DNA of 64,000 nt from an uncultured bacterium (GTDB taxonomy: Bacteria; Myxococcota_A; UBA9042; PHBI01). A program made the position numbers and the translations under genes. Below are positions 1-8,255 of this stretch, piece by piece; the first letter of the stretch is position 1, and every line of letters begins with the position of its first letter. Below the pieces are notes generated by a model. The model was not told the DNA's origin, made no database searches, and saw only the letters and a list, made by a program, of their open reading frames with translations. Location: positions 246 through 64,245 of the forward strand of contig CALHXW010000193.1 in NCBI GenBank assembly GCA_938040325.1, given 5' to 3'.

Positions 1-2034
1 GGCGTCCGGCAGCGTCGGCGCACTGCCGTCATGCAGGTACGGCGCTGTTCGCCAGAGGCCCTCAAGCGATGGGGTGTTGAAGTTGTCGGGGTTGGTGATG
101 TCGGTGTTGCCGCGCTTTGACCAGACCCGCCAGATGTCGCGCTCGAGGTCGCTGCCTGTCCCCACGTTGTGGTTGGCACCATCGACCCCTGCCCCACCTA
201 CGTGACATGACGCACAGCCGACCTCCGCGTCGAAGAAGATCGCGCGTCCGCGCTCTTGGACAGCGGTCAGCGTGCCGTCGGCTGCGACGTTGGGGTTGCG
301 CGGGACATCGTTGAGGCCGTCGACCAAGAAGGTCTCAAGGTCGGCGAGAGCGGTCTCTGGCAAGCCTTCACCACCCATCCGGCCCACGGTCCGAGACATG
401 TTGGCTTGGAGGTGGTCGCGGGTGCCGTTCCAGTTGAACGGTGCGGTCCCAGCGAGCCGACCTTGCAGCGAGGGCGTCTGGCGCGGCCCGTCGATGATGA
501 CCCACGTCAGCTTGTCTTCGCCGCCACCAGGGTGGCAGGTGCTGCACGAAAAGTGGCCGTCGCGGCTCAGACGCGGGTCCCGGGCGAAGGTAAAGAGCCG
601 CTCGCCGCGGGCCTCAGCGGGGCTGCGGGGATCGTCGGCGAAGGGGACGCTGTTGGCGACGCGGATGCCTGTAGGCGGCATGACCAGCTGGCGGCCCGCG
701 AAGGGATCTGCTGCGACAGCGGTTCGGGCAGTGGGCTTGAGGTCGAACAACGGCGACAGGTCCACGGTCCCAACGCTCAGGTCGTGCCCGTGGAGGACGT
801 AGGCGGTTCGGCCATCAGCAGAGAAAGCGACGCCGAGCGGGCGTGGGCCAGTGGCGATCTCGGCGAGCGGAGAGGCCATGGGGTCGTCGATGTCACCGCT
901 GTAGACCAACAGCGAGTCGCTGCCCTCGCCCACCATCACGAGCAGGCGCTTGCTCGGGTGGATGACGACGTCGATGGGGTCGGAGACCTTGTGGTTGAGA
1001 GGCTCGCCGGTCACGGAGTCGCGGACATGGGGACGCGCTACCGCAGGTACCGTGACGCCGTCGGAGACGACGGTCACGACGGGCTCGACCGGGCGCGTCG
1101 GAGGCGGAAACGAGATGTCGAAGTCAAAGCCCCCTGTCGTCGTCGGCTCCGAGCCGTAGTACTGAGGCACAGGCGGCGTCGCCCGATCGTCGAACTCCAT
1201 CCCTCGCGCCAGGTTCGCAAGGTCATTGCTGTCACCGGTCATGACCTGCACGTGCGAGACGTAGACGCGGTCGCCATCCCACCCAACCACGGCTCCGGTG
1301 CTGCGCGACGGCGTGAGGCGAGGGATTCGATTGGCCATCATGGCGTGGTCTGCTGGCGCCCCCAACCGCAGCGGCTGGGTTGGCGCAGCCTCGCGGGTGA
1401 GCTTCGGTTGTGCCAAGAGCAGGTCGGCTTGCGCGATGCGGAGCGTGACAGTGTCAAAGGGGAACGTCACGACCACATGGTCTCGCGTGGCCGCAACGGC
1501 TGCAGGCTCTGCAAAGAGCTCATGGCTCCGGATCACCGTCATGTCGACTGGATCGACCACTGCGAGGCGCTTGTTGGAGGGAGAGACCGCAAAGAGCACG
1601 GTCCCATCGGGCGAGAGGGCGAGCCCGTCCGCGCTGGTGCCGATGTTGACGCGGGCATCAACCGTGTCGGAACCTGACGCGATGCGCACCACATCGCCAG
1701 CGGCTGTGGTGGCGAAGATCGTGGCCGACGGCCCGACGACCACGCGGCCGGGTCGACTCGACAGCGCGATGGTCCCGCGCACCTCGAGGGTCTGACCGTC
1801 AAGTCGAACGACACTGTTGTTAAGTTGGTCTACAGCGATGACGTCATCGCCCGAGGTCACGATCGCGTGGCCAGAGGTCCAGGGTTTGAGGTCGGCCGTG
1901 AGGTCCTGCGGCACCAGCGAAGGCACGTGGGGGAACATCACAAGTGGTTGTTCTGTATTCCCTTCCTTGCCGCAAGCCAGCAGGAAAAGGGTCGTTGTGA
2001 ACACTGCGAGAACACGAAGCGGAGACTGACGCAT
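1..2034 (-). CDS. Lipoprotein with probable YVTN-type beta-propeller and di-haem cytochrome c peroxidase/MauG-like domain (runs off the window start)
   Basis: Not in the ORF track because there is no stop in the window. Spot-translated by hand from ATG 2034: MRQSPLRVLAVFTTTLFLLACG (lipobox), two CxxCH motifs (CSTCH near 540, CASCH near 210) and the C-terminal NTPSLEGLWRTAPYLHDGS typical of CCP/MauG-like proteins. Confidence 0.85.
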   Translation of the reverse strand, partial: MRQSPLRVLAVFTTTLFLLACGKEGNTEQPLVMFPHVPSLVPQDLTADLKPWTSGHAIVTSGDDVIAVDQLNNSVVRLDGQTLEVRGTIALSSRPGRVVVGPSATIFATTAAGDVVRIASGSDTVDARVNIGTSADGLALSPDGTVLFAVSPSNKRLAVVDPVDMTVIRSHELFAEPAAVAATRDHVVVTFPFDTVTLRIAQADLLLAQPKLTREAAPTQPLRLGAPADHAMMANRIPRLTPSRSTGAVVGWDGDRVYVSHVQVMTGDSNDLANLARGMEFDDRATPPVPQYYGSEPTTTGGFDFDISFPPPTRPVEPVVTVVSDGVTVPAVARPHVRDSVTGEPLNHKVSDPIDVVIHPSKRLLVMVGEGSDSLLVYSGDIDDPMASPLAEIATGPRPLGVAFSADGRTAYVLHGHDLSVGTVDLSPLFDLKPTARTAVAADPFAGRQLVMPPTGIRVANSVPFADDPRSPAEARGERLFTFARDPRLSRDGHFSCSTCHPGGGEDKLTWVIIDGPRQTPSLQGRLAGTAPFNWNGTRDHLQANMSRTVGRMGGEGLPETALADLETFLVDGLNDVPRNPNVAADGTLTAVQERGRAIFFDAEVGCASCHVGGAGVDGANHNVGTGSDLERDIWRVWSKRGNTDITNPDNFNTPSLEGLWRTAPYLHDGSAPTLPDA

Positions 2035-2265
2035 AGGAACTCCCAAGAGGTGAACGGATGGAGGCGTGACTCGGTGGTTGCAAGAGGTGTGCCTAGCGTC
2101 GACGCCGTGATGACGGCCCGTGCGCTGCTTGGTGCGCACACGGCTCCGCAGAAGCGAGCGCTCGCTCTGCGTAGAATTGTGCGCAGTTGCGCAAACCCGT
2201 CACGGAAAGGACGCCATGGCTAAACGTTGGCGTTGTGACCAAACGCTTCGCGGCCGGACGGTGCT

Positions 2266-2427
2266 CTAGAGCACCGTTCAGTTACTCGCGCCCGCCTTGC
2301 TGCCAACTTACGTCAGCCACGGTCGTTGCTCCTCGGTCACCTATCCCGACGAACTCCCTCGTCTCGCCTTGGTGGCCAACGCACTTCCGCACCAATTCGG
2401 ATGCAATGAACTTGATCGGTGCTCTAG
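2266..2427. mobile_element. MITE-like element, family A, copy 1
   Basis: Terminal inverted repeats CTAGAGCACCG...CGGTGCTCTAG; a similar copy lies in reverse orientation at 5892-6054. Confidence 0.75.
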
Positions 2428-2587
2428 CAGCGTTGCCGGGAAATGCGAAATCTGATGACTTTGCGATGCGCACCACTGGAGTGATGATCTCGAGATCACC
2501 TTGTCCCGACAGGGTTTCCTCTCGTTCATCACCCCAGCGGCACACCTCGCTGCGTCCCAGAATCCGCATTTCCCCGAACGCTGCTAG
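2424..2587. mobile_element. MITE-like element, family B, copy 1
   Basis: Ends CTAGCAGCGTTGCCGGGAAATGC...GCATTTCCCCGAACGCTGCTAG; shares CTAG 2424-2427 with family A; related copies at 5741, 7807 and 57378. Confidence 0.75.
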
Positions 2588-2949
2588 GCGGCCTCGTTGG
2601 CGCGCCAGCGGGGTTGCGTCCCGTGGGCTTTGAGAACGGTGTTCCAGCTGTCACAGCGGATCTCAATCTCACCCTCAAACGCCAACGACGCCATGGTCGC
2701 CAGTGCGTGGTGGAGGCGTTCCCACGCCTCGGGACCGAGCAGCGTTGTCTGCGCGGGCATCACGATCGTGCGCCGCATCTTACCGACCAGCTGCGCAAGC
2801 TCCGGCACCTCTGCCAGTAGCTGACGCATCGGAAGGTTCGCCTTCCGCGTGAAGCGAAGGTCAATCTCAACGCTGTAGAGCGTCATGCGATCGTAGGCGT
2901 CCACAGCGCGGGACAACGAAGCTCCATCGCGACGAAATGACATGACCAT
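2584..2949 (-). CDS. Small hypothetical protein (121 aa), probably sigma54-dependent
   Basis: AAGGAG ribosome-binding site 7 nt before ATG 2949 (MVMSFRRDG...); sigma54 motif upstream; no recognised domain. Confidence 0.65.
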   Translation of the reverse strand: MVMSFRRDGASLSRAVDAYDRMTLYSVEIDLRFTRKANLPMRQLLAEVPELAQLVGKMRRTIVMPAQTTLLGPEAWERLHHALATMASLAFEGEIEIRCDSWNTVLKAHGTQPRWRANEAA

Positions 2950-2985
2950 GAGACAGCTCCTTGGCGGGGTGTGGCGAGTTCCTAC

Positions 2986-3002
2986 AGCAAGGCGCATGCC
3001 AA
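2986..3002 (-). promoter_or_regulatory. Sigma54 (-24/-12) promoter
   Basis: Minus strand reads TTGGCATG-CGCC-TTGCT, matching TGGCAYG-N4-TTGCW; an AT-rich tract lies immediately upstream (3001-3040). Confidence 0.7.
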
Positions 3003-3209
3003 ACCACAAAACCCATTTAAAACAAAACCTTATGGAAATTCTCGCCCGACACCTCATGACCAGTCCGCTCACAAAGACGTCACACTGAGAAATTTCGCTA
3101 CACCGGTCGTGTGCGACGGTCAGTCCGCTGACGGGGCCGCGTTCGACTCTCGCCGAGACGGTGTGCGGAGTAGGGGCCACCTGGGAAATCGTTCCGACCG
3201 GTCAAACCA

Positions 3210-3386
3210 CTAGCCCCAAAACGAACGCTCTTTCCGGCTGCGGCTTTGGCGATGCACTCGCCAGCGACGTCCGTGCGTTCGCTTCGCTCACCTGAACTCG
3301 ACGATGCACGCATCGCCTTCGTCCAGCGGACGCCGCTGGCGAGCAGCCTTCGCCTCGCTCGAAAACAGCGCTTGATTTGGGGCTAG
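3210..3386. mobile_element. MITE-like element, family C, copy 1
   Basis: Ends CTAGCCCCAAA...TTTGGGGCTAG; a close reverse copy at 7979-8159 and a diverged one at 7636-7810. Confidence 0.8.
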
Positions 3387-4330
3387 AGCTTCGGCACGTA
3401 GCGCAGAGAGAGCGAGAAGACCGGGTCAGCGTCGTCGTCGACGTCTGAGCTGTAGCCGGCATCAATCGCGAATGACTGGGTCGAAAATCCGACACCGCCA
3501 GAGATGCGCGTCTCGTCGAGCGCCTCGTCGATCGTGATCCCCGCTCGGACGTAGACCATCTGCTGGACAAAGTACTGGGCCCCAAAACCCCAGCGCAGCA
3601 CCGTCTGATCGGCCCCATCGTAGGCGGCAATGTCCAAGTCGCCCATCACCTCGAGTGAAGCGAACGTGAAGGCTGCCCCTAGCCCGACGGTGCGCTTGAC
3701 CTCGGGTGAGTCGCTGTCGATGAGGTTCTGGCCCGTCACGCCGAAACGGATGCGGCCGCCCAGGTCGACGATGAGGCCGGCATCGACGGTCCAGGCGTCC
3801 ACGTCGTCGGTCTCGGTGGACTCGTCGTCGTTGTCGCCGAGGGTGAGTCCCAGGTAGCGCACGCCAACCCCGGCGTAGACGCCGACATCGCCCGAGCGGT
3901 AGCCGGTCGACAGACCGCCACGGAACTGATGCCCGTCTCGGTCAATGCCCTCAGGTGTCGACGTGATGAACGTGTAGGCGGCGCCCAGAGCCACCCACTC
4001 GTTGAGCCGTGAGTCGACGGCAGCGGCCGAGAAGCCATGCCCATCTTTCCCATCGAGGTAGGAGTAGCCGACCTGCATCACGTACGTCCGCACCAGGCTC
4101 ATGCCGGCAGGGTTGTAGTAGAGGGCCGCCGGTCCCCAGGCAGACGCGCGCATGTGGTCGCCGACGCCCATGGCTTCGGCAGGTGCACCGTCCTCACGTG
4201 CCTGCCCCTGAGCCGAGCCCGCCAACAGAACACCGGCACAGAAGACCAGCGCGAACGCGGCGTTGCTAGCCGCTCGTTTGCTGGCTGCGCACCACAGACG
4301 GTGGTCACGGATGCTTGACGATGTTTCCAA
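3383..4330 (-). CDS. Outer-membrane beta-barrel protein, PorV/FadL-like
   Basis: Signal peptide, ALYYNPAGM motif, alternating amphipathic beta-strands, C-terminal FSLSLRY. Start approximate. Confidence 0.75.
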   Translation of the reverse strand: METSSSIRDHRLWCAASKRAASNAAFALVFCAGVLLAGSAQGQAREDGAPAEAMGVGDHMRASAWGPAALYYNPAGMSLVRTYVMQVGYSYLDGKDGHGFSAAAVDSRLNEWVALGAAYTFITSTPEGIDRDGHQFRGGLSTGYRSGDVGVYAGVGVRYLGLTLGDNDDESTETDDVDAWTVDAGLIVDLGGRIRFGVTGQNLIDSDSPEVKRTVGLGAAFTFASLEVMGDLDIAAYDGADQTVLRWGFGAQYFVQQMVYVRAGITIDEALDETRISGGVGFSTQSFAIDAGYSSDVDDDADPVFSLSLRYVPKL

Positions 4331-4425
4331 AACGCGGTCTCCTCTCGAGGTCTGGGGCCGATACGCTTCGAGCCTGGACGTGTCAACCTACTGCCTGACG
4401 TTCCAACACGAACGCGAGGTCTCAG

Positions 4426-4614
4426 ATGCCCCAAGAGCCAACAAAAAATCAGCGCCCGACCATCGTGCGAACTCTGATCGCCATCGTTGTCTTGGTGGCC
4501 CTCTTCCTCGTCGCGAAGTTCGTCTTTAGTGCTCTGAAGTGGGTCGTCATTGCTGCTGGCATGGCGTTCGTCACATGGCTCTACCTCCGAGACGAGACGT
4601 CACAGAAAAAGTGA
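4426..4614 (+). CDS. Small membrane protein (62 aa, two TM helices)
   Basis: GAGG RBS before ATG; two hydrophobic helices. Confidence 0.7.
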   Translation: MPQEPTKNQRPTIVRTLIAIVVLVALFLVAKFVFSALKWVVIAAGMAFVTWLYLRDETSQKK

Positions 4615-4856
4615 CAAGCCGTCTCAAGGGGTTGGGTGCTTTGGTGAGTCGTCCGTCTGCCAGCCCGAAGCGGAAGCCAGGCCGACTGAGCGGGCTGCTG
4701 GGAGCCTTCGGCGAGCACCACTCATCGAGGGACCGAAGGACGCAGTCCCTAGCGAGGTCACCGTTCGCCGCGGGACAAGCAGAGCAGGGTATGGGCCGCG
4801 CACTGAACGCGCCTCGACGCGCGACGAGGGAGTCGGCTTCCCAAGGCGCGAGCAGG

Positions 4857-5633
4857 GTGGGTGAGTTTCGCCGGCCTACGAGAGCCAGCGGGACTGCTAG
4901 CGTTCGGCGGTCCGTCGTGTGGCTATGCGCGTTTGCGGTCGCCCTGACTGGAGCAGGCGTCGCGCTCGGCAGTGGGCCTCCGGATCTGTCGGAGTCGTTC
5001 GATCCCGTCGAGAGGGCGCGTCCAGCCGATGCCACGAGCGGGTCGACCGTTGTTCCGCTCGACCCGAACGCCCCCGCACCGACCCCCAGATACGGTTCGC
5101 GCATCACCTTCCACGGTTGGTCTACGAACTCCCGCTACCTCGCGTACGAGCGCCACCGGATGCGACCGCCGGACAAGAGCGCGCGGCGGCGCAGCAAAGA
5201 GGTCAAGCCACAGGTCCAGCGGCGTCACCGGCGCGTGCAAGACGGCAAGATGACCGGGTTCGGGTCCGCAAACGGCCTCGATGTTGCGGCCTACGCGGCC
5301 GACAACGGCTACATCGTTAATGCAGCGGGATACACGACGGCCGACAACCACAAGATCTACTACGACGAGGCAGCCGGGTCGCTGGTGATTGAGACGTCGC
5401 TCGTTGATGACAAGGTATGGTGGGAGCTTCGACAGGGGAGCAGGCTCATCACCCGCCGACCTTTCGACAAGCTCTACGTCGATATCGAAATCGACGTCTA
5501 CCTCGCGCCCAATGGGCGCCAAGGGGTCGTGGTCATGCACCTCAATGCGGGCTACATCGTCGATGCTGCGATCTACGCGTTCAAGCTGCGAAAGCGGGCG
5601 GTGACGGCGAAGCCGCAGAGCACCGATCAGTAG
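4857..5633 (+). CDS. Exported hypothetical protein
   Basis: Hydrophobic signal-like segment (VVWLCAFAVALTGAGVALG) followed by a Pro-rich linker and beta-rich domain; start uncertain, 3' part of ORF 4539..5633. Confidence 0.6.
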   Translation: MGEFRRPTRASGTASVRRSVVWLCAFAVALTGAGVALGSGPPDLSESFDPVERARPADATSGSTVVPLDPNAPAPTPRYGSRITFHGWSTNSRYLAYERHRMRPPDKSARRRSKEVKPQVQRRHRRVQDGKMTGFGSANGLDVAAYAADNGYIVNAAGYTTADNHKIYYDEAAGSLVIETSLVDDKVWWELRQGSRLITRRPFDKLYVDIEIDVYLAPNGRQGVVVMHLNAGYIVDAAIYAFKLRKRAVTAKPQSTDQ

Positions 5634-5740
5634 GCTTCCCACCTGCCTGTAAGCGGCTTTCAGCCGGTGCTTCGCGTCAGGAGCGTCGGTCAAAGATCTC
5701 GATATGCTCGGTGCCAGAGCTCTCGTTCCCGGCAACGCTG

Positions 5741-5895
5741 TTAGCAGCGCTGCCGGGAAATGCAGAATCTTAGGACTTTGCGATGCGCTCAACGGGGGGC
5801 CCAGGGGCGCAGCTCCTGAGTGATCCTGAGATCGTCGGTCCCGTGGTGCACATCACGAATTCATCAGATTTTGCATTTCCCGGCAACGCTGTTAG
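5741..5895. mobile_element. MITE-like element, family B, copy 2
   Basis: TTAGCAGCGCTGCCGGGAAATGC...GCATTTCCCGGCAACGCTGTTAG; preceded by another B end remnant (5726-5744). Confidence 0.7.
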
Positions 5896-6054
5896 AGCAC
5901 CGATCAGGTCAATTGCATCCGAATTGGTGCGGACTTGCGTTGGCCAGCAAGGCGCGACAAGGAAGTTTATCGGGATAAGTGACCGAGGAGCAACGACGGT
6001 GGCTGACGTAAGTCCGCAGCAAGGCGGGTGCGATGAACCTGTTCGGTGCTGTAG
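5892..6054. mobile_element. MITE-like element, family A, copy 2 (reverse orientation)
   Basis: TTAGAGCACCGATC...CGGTGCTGTAG; reverse complement aligns along 2266-2427. Confidence 0.7.
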
Positions 6055-6198
6055 TCTACCGGTTCCACTCGATGCAGAGGCAGACGTGATGACGCGAGCA
6101 TCGCAGCTGTCGAACGAACGTGCTCGCTTGCTGATCGACGTCCGCAGGCAGCAAGGGCGAAGTTGCGGCTGATGGGCGATAAGGCGCTCATGAGAGCC

Positions 6199-6237
6199 AA
6201 AAAAAGAACGCCGAGTCAGCGTGGCTAACTCGACGTC
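6199..6237 (-). terminator. Rho-independent terminator of the 6280-7110 gene
   Basis: Minus strand: GACGTCGAGTTAGC-CAC-GCTGACTCGGCGTT followed by C and T7. Confidence 0.75.
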
Positions 6238-6279
6238 TTAGATTCATCGGTGTGCGCTCGCGTCGAGCGAGAGCGCTCG

Positions 6280-7110
6280 CTACGCCGGCGGGTCGCCGAG
6301 GAGGTTCTTACGAGCCTTTTCCATCTGCTCACGGGTAGCCGCGCTCGACCAGCGTCGCCGACGGCTGTCGACGTTACGAGACGCCTGCTCACGTGCCTCT
6401 AGCTCACCTGGCGGAAGGCTCGCGGTTCGACGATCTTGTCCTCGCTTCACGAGCACCGTGCGCGACGGAGCAGCTTCCTCTTCAGCAGGGGCAGGGGAAA
6501 CTTCGTCGTCTGTGCTCGCGCCGACACGCTTCGTCTTCAGGCGCTTCTGACGTCGGCCACGGGAAGCTGCAAGCGTGACTTTCGGCTTTCGTCCGGGCTT
6601 CTTGCGGGTCTTCGGCTTGGGCTTCGGCGGTGTCCCCGCCGCCTTGTCTTCCACAAGCTTCCAGAAGCCGTTCCCGTCGCCCTCGAACACCTCATCACGC
6701 TGCTTGCCAAGCGCAATCTTGAGCGCTCGCTTCGGTGACGCATCTGTCATCTTGTGGGTGATAACGATTTCGAGCAGCGCCTCTTCGGAGTGCCATCCCG
6801 GATTGTCGCGCATCCAGCCGACGAGTGCATCACCCACGCGCTTACGACTCCGGCGCTTCTTCGTTGCCGGTTGCTTCAGCGGGGGGGCAGGCGCACGCGG
6901 CGCGACGCGAGCCGCTGTCGCCGGAGCGCTGCTGGTCACAACCTTTGCAGCCGCGCTTCGTGTGGTGGTGCCAGACGGCACCAGTGTGCTCGCCCATTGA
7001 AGTGCTCGCACGACCGTGTCGATCTGGTCAAACGGAACACTCGCAGACGCACTACCGATCCGTATTTCGATGGTCTGTGCGTCGTCATGAAGCTCAATCT
7101 TCGTCGTCAT
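6280..7110 (-). CDS. Basic hypothetical protein with a winged-helix-like core, possibly DNA-binding
   Basis: GAGGG RBS and its own terminator; Lys/Arg tracts (KKRRSRKR, KTRKKPGRKPK) flank a compact domain ending FEGDGNGFWKL. Confidence 0.75.
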   Translation of the reverse strand: MTTKIELHDDAQTIEIRIGSASASVPFDQIDTVVRALQWASTLVPSGTTTRSAAAKVVTSSAPATAARVAPRAPAPPLKQPATKKRRSRKRVGDALVGWMRDNPGWHSEEALLEIVITHKMTDASPKRALKIALGKQRDEVFEGDGNGFWKLVEDKAAGTPPKPKPKTRKKPGRKPKVTLAASRGRRQKRLKTKRVGASTDDEVSPAPAEEEAAPSRTVLVKRGQDRRTASLPPGELEAREQASRNVDSRRRRWSSAATREQMEKARKNLLGDPPA

Positions 7111-7244
7111 CTCGTACCCTCAGCGGTAATTTCACACTCGGACAGGCAAACAGGCATGTGCAGCACTGCAACGCTCTTCGCCCGCTTGTCACCTGTCCAA
7201 CGACCGACCTTCCACCAGCCTGTCGCGGACCCTAAGTCCATAAA

Positions 7245-7265
7245 CTTCCAAGGACTCCTTGGAAG
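7245..7265. promoter_or_regulatory. Perfect palindrome, candidate operator
   Basis: CTTCCAAGGA-C-TCCTTGGAAG, 135 bp upstream of the 7110 start in a lower-GC intergenic region. Confidence 0.4.
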
Positions 7266-7635
7266 CATTGATGTCTCGTACATGTCCCGCTAACCGGAAA
7301 AAAATGCCGCTAGCGTCACCTGCGGAAACCTAACACCGGCGAGTATGCCCGACAAGATAAAAGACGTCTGGCGATTTCTGAGTGCCGAACTGGACACGTC
7401 ACATCCGGCTCGGAACGGGTGGTTGAGTGGCTTAAGTTGCTGCTTTTGCGTGATTATTGTGCGCGTTACATTTGGTGCCAATCAACTGTCCGGATGTACA
7501 TACGCGGTGATCAAAGCGTCGGTGGCGGTTCGACGCTAGCGGGTCAGATGTTGTCGACGTTCGCGCTGCAGCGAAGTCGCGCGCGGATGGGCCGTCGCCC
7601 AAGCACATCGCGTCCAAGTTGTTGGGAGGTTTTGC

Positions 7636-7810
7636 CTAGTTCCAAATCAAGCGCTGTCTTCGAGCGAGCCGAACGCGATGTGCTTGCCAGCGGGGTGGGC
7701 CGGACGAAGGCCCTGCTGCATCGTCGAGCTCGCGTGAGCGCAGCGAGCGACGCCGCTGGCGAGTGCATCGCGGAAGTCGGAGCCGGAAAGAGCGCCGGTT
7801 TTGGGGCTAG
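7636..7810. mobile_element. MITE-like element, family C, copy 2 (diverged, reverse orientation)
   Basis: CTAGTTCCAAATCAAGCGCTG...TTTTGGGGCTAG. Confidence 0.7.
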
Positions 7811-7982
7811 CAGCGTTCGGGGAAATACGAAATCTGATGACTTTGCGATGCGCACCACTGGAGCGATGATCTCGAGATCACCTTGTCCCGCGTGCATCGT
7901 CGAGTCCGAGCGAGCGCCCCGACGCCGCTGTGGTGCGTAGATCGAAAGCCGCAGCCGGAAGTAGTGCTTGTTTTAGGGCTAG
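7807..7982. mobile_element. Chimeric MITE-like element: left half family B, right half family C
   Basis: 7807-7890 matches B copy 1 up to ...GAGATCACCTTGTCCCG; about 7893-7982 matches the distal half of C (TGCATCGTCGAG...TTTTAGGGCTAG). Confidence 0.6.
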
Positions 7983-8159
7983 TCCCAAATCAAGCGCTGT
8001 TTTCGAGCGAGGCGAGGGCGATGTGCTTGCCAGCGGCGTCCGCTGGACGAAGGCGATGCCTGCATCGTCGAGTTCAGGTGAGCGAAGCGAACGCACGGAC
8101 GTCGCTGGCGAGGGCATCGCCAAAGCCGCAGCCGGAAAGAGCGCTTGTTTTGGGGCTAG
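7979..8159. mobile_element. MITE-like element, family C, copy 3 (reverse orientation)
   Basis: CTAGTCCCAAATCAAGCGCTG...GTTTTGGGGCTAG; close reverse complement of 3210-3386. Confidence 0.8.
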
Positions 8160-8255
8160 TTCTAGCAGGGCAAGCGCCGGCGGGACGTGGCGCTAGGCTT
8201 GACGCACTCGCCAAACAGCGAGATCCTGCCGCCCAAGACAAGCGAGCAGTGCCTC

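Noticed and set aside
256-1677. 473-aa plus-strand ORF
   Set aside because: Antisense shadow of the minus-strand di-haem cytochrome gene; no motifs. The same applies to most long overlapping ORFs in this high-GC window (e.g. 17043-18119, 23946-25052, 32134-33216, 52044-53405).
2180-2230. GCAAACCCGTCACGGAAAGGACGC resembles a c-di-GMP-I riboswitch fragment
   Set aside because: The stem and tetraloop geometry do not fit, and no same-strand gene follows.
7466-7482. Minus-strand TTGGCAC as a sigma54 -24 box
   Set aside because: No TTGC -12 element at the required spacing.
2266-8159. Repeats considered as CRISPR, integron attC sites or GTAG-type REPs
   Set aside because: No regular repeat-spacer period, no cas, intI or RAYT gene, no RYYYAAC/GTTRRRY pair, and the units are 155-194 bp with terminal inverted repeats.
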